From Eledone cirrhosa (taxonomy: Eukaryota): DNA of 64,000 nt. Where the stretch lies: assembly GCA_964016885.1 (NCBI GenBank), contig OZ024743.1, forward strand, positions 321,470,001-321,534,000, in the 5' to 3' direction. The notes under the pieces are model-generated. The model was not told the origin of the DNA. It did no database searches and was given only the letters and a program-made list of their open reading frames with translations. Made by a program: the position numbers and the translations under genes. Shown in pieces: positions 41,296-54,200 of this stretch. Every line of letters starts with the position of its first letter. Within the stretch, counting starts at the first letter, position 1.

Positions 41296-44200
41296 TACAC
41301 AGCAACATTGTGCTGAAGTGGAGCTACACAGCAACATTGTGCTGAAGTGGAGCTACACAGCAACATTGTGCTGAAGTGGAGCTACACAGCAACATTGTGC
41401 TGAAGTGGAATCACACAGCAACATTGTGTTGAAGTGGAGTCACACGGCAATATTGTGTTGACGTGGAGCCATGCAGCAACATTCTGCTGGAGTGGAGCTA
41501 CACAGCAACATTGTGCTGAAGTGGAGCTACACAGGAACATTGTGCTGAAGTGGAGTCACACAGCAACATTGTGTTGAAGTGGAGGTACACAGCAACATTA
41601 TGCTGAAGTGGAACCACAGAGCAACATTGTGTTGAAGTGGAGCCACACAGCAACATTGTGTTGAAGGGAAGCCACACAGCAACATTGTGTTGGAGTGGAC
41701 CCACACAGCAACATTGTGTTGAAGTGGAGCCACACAGCAACATTGTGCTGAAGTGGAGCCACACAGCAACATTGTGTTGAAGTGGAGCCACACAGCAACA
41801 TTGTGCTGAGGTCGAGCCACATAGCAACATTGTGTTGAAGTGGTGCCACACAGCAATATTGTGTTGAAGTGGAGCGACATAGCAACATTGTGCTGAAGTG
41901 GAGCCACACAGCAACATTGTGTTTAAGTGGAGCCACATAGCAACATTGTGCTGAAGTGGAGCCACACAGCAACATTGTGATGAAGTGGACCCACACAGCA
42001 ACATTGTGCTGAAGTGGAGCCACATAGCAACATTTTGTTGAAGTGGAACCACACAGCAACATTGTGTTGAAGTGGAGCCACACAGCAATATTGTGTTGAA
42101 GTGGAGCCACACAGCAAAATTGTGTTGAAGTGGACCCACACAGCAACATTGTGTTGAAGTGGAGCCACACAGCGCAACATTGTGTTGAAGTAGAGCCACA
42201 TAGCAGCATTGTCCTGAAGTGGAACCACACAGCAACATTAGTGCTGAAGTGGAGCCACATAGCAACATTGTCCTGTAGTGGAACCACATAGCAACATTGT
42301 CCTGAAGTGGAGCTACACAGCAACATTGTGCTGAAGAGGAGCTACACAGCAACATTGTGTTGAAGTGGAGCAACATAGCAACATTGTGTTGAAATGGAGC
42401 CACACAGCAATATTGTGTTGAAGTGGAGCGACATAGCAACATTGTGCTGAAGTGGAGCCACATAGCAACATTGTGCTGAAGTGGAGCCACACAGCAACAT
42501 TGTGTTGAAGTGGAGCCACACAGCAACATTGTGCTGAAGTGGAGCCACATAGCAACATTGTCCTGAAGTGGAGCCACACAGCAACATTGTGTTGAAGTGG
42601 AACCACACATCAACATCGTGTTGAAGTGGAGCCACACAGCAATATTGTGTTGAAGTGGAGCCACACAGCAACATTGTGTTGAAGTGGAGCCACACAGCAA
42701 CATTGTGCTGAAGTGGAGCTACACAGCAACATTGTGCTGAAGTGGAGTCACACAGCAACATTGTGTTGAAGTGGAGTCACACAGCAATATTGTGTTGACG
42801 TGGAAGCACACAGCAACATTGTGTTGAAGTGGAGCTACACAGCAACATTGTGCTGGAGTGGAGCTACACAGCAACATTGTGCTGAAGTGGAGTCACACAG
42901 CAACATTGTGTTGAAGTGGAGCTACACAGCAACATTGTGTTGAAGTGGAGCCACACAGCAACATTGTGTTGAAATGGTGCCACACAGCAACATTGTGTTG
43001 AAGTGGAACGACACAGCAACATTGTGCTGAAGTGGAACCACACAGCAACATTGCGCTTAAGTGGAGCCACACAGCAACATTGTGTTAAAGTGGAGCCACA
43101 GAGCAACATTGTGTTGAAGTGGAGCCACATAGCAACATTGTGTTGAAGTGGACCCACACAGCAACATTGTGTTGAAGTGGAGCCACACAGCAACATTGTG
43201 TTGAAGTGGAGCCACACAGCAACATTGTGCTGAAGTGGAGCCACATTGCAACATTGTCCTGAAGTCGAGCCACACAGCAACATTGTGTTGAAGTGGAACC
43301 ACACAGCAACATTGTGTTGAAGTGGACCCACACAGCAATATTGTGTTGAAGTGGAGCCACACAGCAACATTGTGTTGAAGTGGACCCACACAGCAACATT
43401 GAGTTGAAGTGGGGCCACACAGCGCAACATTGTGTTGAAGTAGAGCCACATAGCAGCATTGTCCTGAAGTGGAACCACACAGCAACATTAGTGCTGAAGT
43501 GGAGCCACATAGCAACATTGTCCTGAAGTGGAGCCACATAGCAGCATTGTCCTGAAGTGGAGCTACACAGCAACATTGTGCTGAAGTGGAGCTTCACAGC
43601 AACATTGTGCTGAAGTGGAGCTTCACAGCAACATTGTGCTGAAGTGGAGTCACACAGCAACATTGTGTTGAAGTGGTGTCACACAGCAACATTGTGCTGA
43701 AATCGACCCACACACCAACATTGTGCTGAAGTGGAGCCACACAGCAACATTGTGTCGAAGTGGAGCGACACAGCAACATTGTGTTGAAGGGGAGCCACAC
43801 AGCAACATTGTGTTGAAGGGGAGCCACACAGCAACATTGTGTTGAAGTGGAGTCACACAGCAACATTGTGTTGAAGTGGAGCTTCACAGCAACGTTGTGC
43901 TGAAGTGGAGTCAGACAGCAACATTGTGTTGAAGTGGTGCCACACAGCAACATTTGCTGAAATCGACCCACACACCAACATTGTGCTGAAGTGGAGCCAC
44001 ACAGCAACATTGTGTTGAAGTGGACCCACACAGCAACATTGTGATGAAGTGGACCCACACAGCAACATTGTGTTGAAGTGGAGCCACACAGCAACATTGT
44101 GTTGAAGTGGAGCCACACAGCAACATTGTGTTGAGGTGGAGTCACACAGCAACATTGTGCTGAAGTGGATCCACACAGCAACATTGTGTTGAAGTGGAGC

Positions 44201-44345
44201 CACACAACAACATTGTGTTGAAGTGGAGCTACACAGCAACATTGTGTTGAAGTGGAGACACACAGCAACATTGTGTTGAAGGGGAGCCACACAGCAACAT
44301 TGTGTTGAAGTGGAGCCACACAGCAACATCGTGTTGAAGTGGAGC
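41296..44345. repeat. C-type satellite island (about two 1250-bp HOR units plus a tail with private variants) embedded in domain B
   Basis: GAGCTAC, TGTCCTGAAG, TTGACGTGG, CACACGGCAATATT...CCATGCAGCAACATTCTGCTGGAG at ~41441-41492, and the 31-bp AGCGCAAC unit at 42171 and 43421. B markers are absent. Confidence 0.82.
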
Positions 44346-45939
44346 GACACAGCAACATTGAGTTGAAGTGGAGCCACACAGCAACATTGTGCGGAAGTGG
44401 AGCCACACAGCAACATTGTGTTGAAGTGGAGTCACATAGCAACACTGTGTTGAAGTGGAGCCACACAGCAACATTGTGTTGAAGTGGGGCCACACAGCAA
44501 CATTGTGCTAAAGTGGTGCCACACGGCAACATCGTGCTGAAGTGGAGTCACATAGCAACATTTGGCTGAAGTGGAGCCACACAGCAATATTGTGTTGAAG
44601 GGGATCCACACAGCAACATGGTGCTGAAGTGGAGCCACACAGCAACATTTGCTGAAGTGAAGCCACACAGCAACATTGAGTTGAAGTGGAGCCACACAGC
44701 AACATTGTGCTGAAGTGAGGTCACACAGCAACATTGTGCTGAAGTGAAGCCACACAGCAACATTGTGTTGAAGTGGAGCCACACAGCAACATTGTGCTGA
44801 AGTGAGGTCACATAGCAACATTGTGTTGAAGTAGAGCAACACAGCAACATTGTGTTGAAGTAGACCCACACAGCAACATTGTGTTGAAGTGGAGCCACAC
44901 AGGAACATTGTGTTTAAGTGGAGGCCACACAGCAACATTGTGTTGAAGTGGAGCCACACAGCAACATTGTGCGGAAGTGGAGCCACACAGCAACATTGTG
45001 TTGAAGTGGATCCACACAGCAACATTGTGCTGAAGTGGAGAGACACAGCAACATTGTGCTGAAGTGGCGCCACACAGCAACATGGTGTTGAAGTGATCCC
45101 ACCCACCAACATTGTGCTGAAGTGGATCCACACAGCAACATTGTGCTGAAGTGGAGCCACACAGCAACATTGTGCGGAAGTGGAGCCACACAGCAACATT
45201 GAGTTGAAGTGGAGCCACACAGCAACATTGTGCGGAAGTGGAGCCACACAGCAACATTGTGTTGAAGTGGAGTCACATAGCAACACTGTGTTGAAGTGGA
45301 GCCACACAGCAACATTGTGTTGAAGTGGGGCCACACAGCAACATTGTGCTAAAGTGGTGCCACACGGCAACATCGTGCTGAAGTGGAGTCACATAGCAAC
45401 ATTTGGCTGAAGTGGAGCCACACAGCAATATTGTGTTGAAGGGGATCCACACAGCAACATGGTGCTGAAGTGGAGCCACACAGCAACATTTGCTGAAGTG
45501 AAGCCACACAGCAACATTAAGTTGAAGTGGAGCCACACAGCAACATTGTGCTGAAGTGAGGTCACACAGCAACATTGTGCTGAAGTGAGGTCACACAGCA
45601 ACATTGTGTTGAAGTAGAGCCACACAGCGAGATTGTGCTGAAGTGGAGCCACACAGCAACATTGTGCTGAAGTGGACACACACAGCAACATTGTGCTGAA
45701 GTGAAGCCACACAGCAACATTGTGTTGAAGTGGAGCCACACAGCAATATTTTGCTGAAGTGGAGTCACATAGCAACATTGTGTTGAAGTGGAGCCACACA
45801 GCAACATTGTGTTGAATTGGTGCTACACAGCAACATTGTGTTGAAGTGGAGTCACACAGCAACATTGTGCTGAAGTAGAGCCACATAGCAACACTGTGTT
45901 GAAGTGGAGCCACATAGCAACACTGTGTTGAAGTGGAGC
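44346..45939. repeat. Second segment of domain B: copy of ~40085-41295 (+4644) preceded by a copy of ~40545-40925 (+3803); internal period 841 bp (29 monomers)
   Basis: ORF offsets 40270/44914, 40629/45273, 40918/45562 (+4644); 40705/44508 (+3803); 44532/45373 (841). Confidence 0.85.
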
Positions 45940-48230
45940 CACACAGATACATTGTGTTTAAGTGGAGCCACACAGAAGCTTTGTGCTGAAGTGGAGACAC
46001 ACAGCAACATTGTGTTGAAGTGGAGCCACACAGCAACATTGTGCTGAAGTGGAGCCACATAGCAACATTGTGTTGAAGTGGAGCCACACAGCAACATTGT
46101 CCTGAAGTAGAGCCACACAGCAAAATTGTGCTGAAGTGGAGGCACACAGCAACATTGTGCTGAAGGTGAAGCCACATAGCAAAATTGTGTTGAAGTGGAG
46201 CCACACAGGAACATTGTGCTGAAGTGGAGCCACACAGCAACATTGGCTGAAGTGGAGCCACCCAGCAACATTGTGCTGAAGTGGAGCCACATAGCAACAT
46301 TGTGTTGAAGTAGATCCACACAGCAACATTGTGCTGAAGTGGAGCCACCCAGCAACATTGTGTTGAAGTGGAGGCCACACAGCAACATTGTGTTGAAGTG
46401 AAGCCACACAGCAACATTGTGTTGAAGTAGATCCAAACAGCAACATTGTGTTGAAGTGGAGGCACACAGCAATATTGTGTTGAAGTGGATCCACACAGCA
46501 ATATTGTGTTGAAGTGGAGCCACACAGCAATATTGTGTTGAAGTGGATCCACACAGCAATATTGTGCTGAAGTGGATCCACACAGCAACATTGTGTTGAA
46601 GTGGGTCCACACAGCAACATTGTGCTGAAGTGGGGCCACACAGCAACAATGTGTTGAAGTGGAGCCACACAGCAATATTGTGCTGAAGTGGAGCGACACA
46701 GCAACATTGTGTTGAAGTGGAGCCACACAGCAACATTGAGTTGAAGTGGAGCCACACAGCAATATTGTGCTGAAGTGGAGCCACGCAGCAATATTGTGTT
46801 GAAGGGGAGACACACAGCAACATTGTCCTGAAGTGGAACCACACAGCAAAATTGTGTTGAAGTGGATCCACGAAGCAACATTGTGTTGAAGTGGAGCCAC
46901 ACAGCAACATTGTGCTGAAGTGAAGCCACAAAGCAACATTGTGTTGAAGTGGAGCCACACAGCAACATTGTGCTGAAGTGGAGCCACATATCCACATTGT
47001 GTTGAAGTGGAGCCACACAGCAACATTGTGCTGAAGTGGAGCCACACAGCAACATTGTGCTGAAGTGGAGCCACACAGCAACATTGTGCTGAAGTGGAGC
47101 CCCATAACCACATTGTGTTGAAGTGGAGAAACACAGCAACATTGTGTTGAAGTGGAGCCACACAGCAATATAGTGCTGAATTGGAGCCACGAGCAACGTT
47201 GTGCTGATGTGGAGCCACATATCCACATTGTGTTGAAGTGGAGCCACACAGCAACATTGTGCTGAAGTGGAGCCACACAGCAACATTGTGCTGAAGTGGA
47301 GCCACACAGCAACATTGTGCTGAAGTGGAGACACCCAGCAACATTGTGTTGAAGCAGAGTCACACAGTAATATTGTGTTGAAGTGGAGCCACACAGCAAC
47401 ATTGTGCTGAAGTGGAGCCACACAGCAACATTGTGCTGAAGTGGAGCCACACAGCAACTTTGTGTTGAAGTGGAACCACACAGCAACATTGTGTTGAAGT
47501 AGAGTCACACAGCAATATTGTGTTGAAGTGGAGCCACACAGCAACATTGTGCTGAAGTGGAGCCACACAGCAACATTGTGCTGAAGTGGAGCCACACAGC
47601 AACATTGTGCTGAAGTGGAGACATCCAGCAACATTGTGTTAAAAGTAGGGCCACATAGCAACATGGTGTTGAAGTGGTGCCACCCAGCAACATTGTGCCG
47701 AAGTGGAGCCACACAGCAACATTGTGCTGAAGTTGAGCCACACAGCAATATTGTGCTGAAGTGGAGTCACATAGCAACATTGTGTTGAAGTGGGGCCACA
47801 CATCAACTTTGTGTTGAAGTGGAGCCACACATCAACATTGTGCTGAAGTGGAGCCACACAGCAACAGTGTGTTGAAGTGGAGCCAAACAGCAACATTGTG
47901 TTGAATTGGAGCTACACAGCAACATTGTGTTGAAGTGGAGCCACAGAGCGACATTGTGCTGAGGTAGAGCCAACCAGCAACATTGTGCTGAAGTGGAGCC
48001 ACATAGCAATATTGTGCTGAAGTGCATCCACACAGCAACATTGTGTTGAAGTGGGGCCACACAGAAACATTGTGCTGAAGTGGAGACACACAGCAACATT
48101 GTGTTGAAGTAGAGCCACACACCAACATTGTGTTGAAGTGGAGCCACACAGCGCAACATTGTGTTGATGTAGAGCCACATAGCAACATTGTGTTGAAGTG
48201 GAGTCTAACATCAATATTGTGCTGAAGTGG
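45940..48230. repeat. Diverged, largely non-HOR satellite zone
   Basis: High density of private multi-substitution monomers (CAGATAC, CAGAAGCTT, CCCCATAACC, AAAAGTAGGG, GAGTCTAACATC). Only short local echoes (231 bp, 290 bp). No kb-scale copy elsewhere in the window. Confidence 0.7.
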
Positions 48231-51200
48231 AGCTACACAGCAACATTGTGCTGAAGTGGAGTCACACAGCAACATTGTGCTGAAGTGGAGTTACACAGCA
48301 ACATTGTGCTGAAGTGGAGCTACACAGCAATATTGTGTTGAAGTGGAGCGACACAGCAACATTGTTTTGAACTGGAGCCACACAGCAACATTGTGCTGAA
48401 GTGAACCCACACAGCAACATTGTGTTGAAGTGGAGCCACACAGCAGCATTGTGTTGAAGTGGCGCTACACAGCAACATTGTGTTGAAGTGGAGCCACATA
48501 GCAACATTGTTTTGAAGTAGAGCCACACAGCAACATTGTTTTGAAGTGGAGCTACACAGCAACATTGTGCTGAAGTGGAGCCAAACAGCAACATTGTGCT
48601 GAAGTGGAGCTACACAGTAACATTGTGCTGAAGTGGAGCCACACAGCAACATTGAGTTGAAGTGGAGCCACATTGTCAGATTGTGTTGAAGTGGAGCCAC
48701 ACAGTAAGATTGTGTTGAAGTGGAGCCACACAGCAACATTGTGTTGAAGTGGAGCCACACAGCAATATTGTGTTGACGTGGAACCAAACAGCAACATTGT
48801 GTTGAAGTGTAGCTACACAGCAACATTGTGTTGAAGTGGTGCCACACAGCAACATTGTGTTGAAGTGGAGCCACACAGCAATATCGTTTTGAATGGGAGC
48901 CACACAGCAACATTGTGTTGAAGTGGAGCTACACAGCAACATTGAGTTGAAGTGGAGCTACACAGCAACATTGTGTTGAACTGGAGCCACATAGCAACAT
49001 TGTGTTGAAGTGGAGCCACACAGCAACATTGTGCTGAAGTGGATCCACACAGCAACATTGTGCTGAAGTGGAGTCACACAGCAACATTGTGATGAAGTCG
49101 TGGCACACAGCAACATTGTGCTGAAGTGGATCCACACAGCAACATTGTGCTGAAGTGGAGCCACACAGCAACATTGTGTTGAAGTGGAGCGACACAGCAA
49201 CATTGTGCTGAAGTGGAGCTAAACAGCAACATTGTGTTGAAGTGGAGCCACACAGCAACATTGTGATGAAGTGGACCCACACAGCAACTTTGTGCTGAAG
49301 TGGAGCTACACAGCAACATTGTGCTGAAGTGGAGCCACACAGCAACATTGTGATGAATTGGAGCCACACAGCAACATTGTGTTGAAGTGGAGCCACATAG
49401 CAACATTGTGCTGAAGTGGAGCTATACAGCAACATTGTGCTGAAGTGCAGCCACACAGCAACATTGTGCTGAAGTAGAGCTACACAGTATCATTGTGTTG
49501 AAGTGGAGTCACACAGCAATATTGTGTTGAAGTGGAGTCACATAGCAACATTGTGTTGAAGTGGAGTCACACAGCAACATTGTGTTGAAGTGGAGTCACA
49601 CAGCAACATTGTGCTGAAGTGGAGCTACACAGCAACATTGTGCTGAAGTGGAGCTACACAGCAACATTGTGCTGAAGTGGAGCTACACAGCAACATAGTG
49701 TTAAAGTGGAGCCGCACAGCAACAGTGTGCTGAAGTGGAGCCATACAGCAACATTGTCCTGAAGTGGAGCCACACAGCAACAGTGTGCTGAAGTGGAGCC
49801 ATACAGCAACATTGTCCTGAAGTGGTGCCACACAGCAACAGTGTGCTGAAGTGGAGTCACACAGCAACATTGTCCTGAAGTGGTGCCACATAGCAACATT
49901 GTGCTGAACTGGAGCCACACAGCAACATTGTGTTGAAGTGGAGCGACACAGCAACATTGTTTTGAAATGGACCCACACAGCAACATTGTGCTGAAGTGAA
50001 CCCACACAGCAACATTGTGTTGAAGTGGAGCCACACAGCAGCATTTTGTTGAAGTGGAGCTACACAGCAACATTGTGTTGAAGTGGAGCCACATAGCAAC
50101 ATTGTTTTGAAGTAGAGCCACACAGCAACATTGTGTTGAAGTGGAGCCACACAGCAACATTGTGTTGAAGTGGAGCCACACATCAATATTGTGTTGAAGT
50201 GGAGCCACACAGCAACATTGTGTTGAAGTGGAGCTACACAGCAACATTGTGTTGAAGTGGAGCCACACAGCAACATTGTGTTGAAGTGGAGCCACACAGC
50301 AATATCGTTTTGAAGGGGAGCCACACAGCAACATTGGGCTGAAGTGGAACCACACAGCAACTTTGTGTTGAAGTGGAGCCACACAGCAACATTGTGTTGA
50401 AGTGGACCCACACAGCAACATTGTGTTGAAGTGGGGCCACACAGCAACATTGTGCTGAAGTGGAGCCACACAGCAACATTGTGTTGAAGTGGAGCCACAT
50501 AGCGACATTGTGCTGAAGTGGAGTTACACAGCAACATTGTGCTGAAGTGGAGCTACACAGCAATATTGTGTTAAAGTAGAGCCACGCAGCAACATTGTGC
50601 TGAAGTTGAGCTACACAGCAACCTTGTGCTGAAGTGGAGCCACACAGCAACATTGTGTTGAAGTGGAGCGACACAGCAACATTGTTTTGAACTAGAGCCA
50701 CACAGCAACATTGTCCTGAAGTGAACCCACACAGCAACATTGTGTTGAAGTGGACCCACACAGCAGCATTGTGTTGAAGAGGAGCTACACAGCAACATTG
50801 TGTTGAAGTGGAGCCACACAGCCACATTGTGCTGAAGTGGAGCCACACATCAACATTGTGCTGAAGTGGAGCTACACAGCAACATTGTGTCGAAGTGGAG
50901 CCACACAGCAACATTGAGTTGAAGTGGAGCCACATTGTCAGATTGTGTTGAAGTGGAGCCACACAGTAAGATTTTGTTGAAGTGGAGCTACACAGCAACA
51001 TTGTGTTGAAGTGGAGCCACACAGCAACATTGTGTTGAAGTGGAGCCACACAGCAATATCGTTTTGTAGGGGAGCCACACAGCAACATTGTGTTGAAGTG
51101 GAGCTACACAGCAACATTGAGTTGAAGTGGAGCTACACAGCAACATTGTGTTGAAGTGGAGCCACACAGCAACATTGTGTTGAAGTGGAGCCACATAGCA

Positions 51201-54200
51201 ACATTGTGTTGAAGTGGAGACACACAGCAACATTGTGCTGAAGTGGAGTCACACAGCAACATTGTGTTGAAGTCGTGGCACACAGCAACATTGTGCTGAA
51301 GTGGATCCACACAGCAACATTGTGTTGAAGTGGAGCCACACAGCAACATTGTGCTGAAGTGGAGACAAACAGCAACATTGTGTTGAAGTGGAGCCACACA
51401 GCAACATTGTGATGAAGTGGAGCTACACAGCAACATTGTGCTGAAGTAGAGCCACACAGCAACATTGTGACGAATTGGAGCCACACAGCAACATTGTGTT
51501 GAAGTGAAGCCACACAGCAACATTGTGCTGAAGTGGAGCTATACAGCAACATTGTGCTGAAGTGCAGCCACACAGCAACATTGTGCTGAAGTAGAGCTAC
51601 ACAGTAACATTGTGTTGAAGTGGAGTCACACAGCAATATTGTGTTGAAGTGGAGCCACACAGCAACATTGTGTTGAAGTGGAGTTACACAGTAACATTGT
51701 GTTGAAGTGGAGTCACACAGCAATATTGTGTTGAAATGGAGTCACACAGCAACGTTGTGCTGAAGTGGAGCTACACAGCAACATTGTGCTGAAGTGGAGT
51801 CACACAGCAACATTGTGTTGAAGTGGAGTCACACAGCAACGTTGTGCTGAAGTGGAGCTACACAGCAACATTGTGCTGAAGTGGAGCTACACAGCAACAT
51901 TGTGCTGAAGTGGAGCTACACAGCAACATTGTGCTGAAGTGGAGCTACACAGCAATATTGTGTTGAAGTGGAGCCGCACAGCAACAGTGTGCTGAAGTGG
52001 AGCCACACAGCAACATTGTCCTGAAGTGGAACCGCACAGCAATAGTGTGCTGAAGTGGAGCCACACAGCAACATTGTCCTGAAGTGGTGCCGCACAGCAA
52101 CATTGTGCTGAAGTGGAGCCACACAGCAACATTGTGTTGAAGTGGGGCGACAGAGCAACATTGTTTTGAACTGCAGCCACACAGCAACATTGTGCTGAAG
52201 TGAACCCACACAGCAACATTGTGTTGAAGTGGAGCCACACAGCAGCATTGTGTTGAAGTGGAGCTACACAGCAACATTGTGTTGAAGTGGAGCCACACAG
52301 CAACATTGTGCTGAAGTGGAGCCACACAGCAACATTGTGCTGAAGTGGAGCTACACAACAACATTGTGCTGAAGTGGAGACACACAGCAACATTGAGTTG
52401 AGGTGGAGCCATATTGTCAGATTGTGTTGAAGTGGACCCACACAGTAAGATTGTGTTGAAGTGGAGCCACACAGCAACATTGTGTTGAAGTGGAACCACA
52501 CCTCAATATTGTGTTGAAGTGGAGCCACACAGCAACATTGTGTTGAAGTGGAGCTACACAGCAACATTGTGTTGAAGTGAACCCACACAGCAACATTGTG
52601 TTGAAGTGGAGCCACACAGCAGCATTGTGTTGAAGTGGAGCTACACAGCAACATTGTGTTGAAGTGGAGCCACACAGCAACATTGTGCTGAAGTGGAGCC
52701 ACACAGCAACATTGTGCTGAAGTGGAGCTACACAACAACATTGTGCTGAAGTGGAGACACACAGCAACATTGAGTTGAGGTGGAGCCATATTGTCAGATT
52801 GTGTTGAAGTGGACCCACACAGTAAGATTGTGTTGAAGTGGAGCCACACAGCAACATTGTGTTGAAGTGGAACCACACCTCAATATTGTGTTGAAGTGGA
52901 GCCACACAGCAACATTGTGTTGAAGTGGAGCTACACAGCAACATTGTGCTGAAGTGGAGCCACACAGAAACATTGTGATGAAATGGAGCCACACAGCAAC
53001 ATTGTGTTGAAGTGGAGCCACATAGCAACATTGTGCTGAAGTGGAGCTATACAGCAACATTGTGCTGAAGTGGAGTCACACAGCAACATTGTGTTGAAGT
53101 CGTGGCACACAGCAACATTGTGCTGAAGTGGAGCCACACAGCAACATTGTGCTGAAGTGGAGCCAAACAGCAACATTGTGTTGAAGTGGAGCCACACAGC
53201 AACATTGTGATGAAGTGGACCCACACAGCAACTTTGTGCTGAAGTGGAACTACACAGCAACATTGTGCTGAAGTGGAGCCACACAGCAACATTGTGATGA
53301 AATGGAGCCACACAGCAACATTGTGTTGAAGTGGAGCCACATAGCAACATTGTGCTGAAGTGGAGCTATACAGCAACACTGTGCTGAAGTGCAGCCACAC
53401 AGCAACATTGTGCTGAAGTAGAGCTACACAGTAACATTGTGTTGAAGTGGAGTCACACAGCAATATTGTGTTGAAGTGGAGCCACACAGCAACATTGTGT
53501 TGAAGTGGAGTTACACAGTAACATTGTGTTGAAGTGGAGTCACACAGCAATATTCTCTTGAAGTGGAGTCACATAGCAACATTGTGTTGAAGTGGAGTCA
53601 CACAGCAACATTGTGTTGAAGTGGAGTCACACAGCAACGTTGTGCTGAGGTGGAGCCACACAGCAACGTTGTGCTGAAGTGGAGCTACACAGCAACATTG
53701 TGCTGAAGTGGAGCTACACAGCAACATTGTGCTGAAGTGGAGCTACACAGCAACATTGTGTTGAAGTGGAGCCGCACAGCAACAGTGTGCTGAAGTGGAG
53801 CCTCACAGCAACATTGTCCTGAAGTGGTGCCACACAGCAACATTGTGCTGAAGTGGATCCACATAGCAACATTGTGCTGAAGTGGAGCTACACAGCAACA
53901 TTGTGTTAAAGTTGAGCCGCACAGCAACAGTGTGCTGAAGTGGATCCACACAGCAACATTGTCCTGAAGTGGTGCCACACAGCAACAGTGTGCTGAAGTG
54001 GTGTCACACAGCAACATTGTCCTGAAGTGGTGCCACACAGCAACATTGTGCTGAAGTGGAGCCACACAGCAACATTGTGCTGAAGTGGAGACACACAGCA
54101 GCATTGTGCTGAAGTGGGGAAACACAGCAACATTGTGCTGAAGTGGAGACACACAGCAACATTGTGTTGAAGTGGAGCCACACAGCAACATTGTGCTGAA

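Noticed and set aside
1072-45595. TGAGGTCA nuclear-receptor or CRE-like sites in GTGAGGTCAC monomers
   Set aside because: A short motif produced by one amplified variant. There is no promoter context or consistent half-site spacing.
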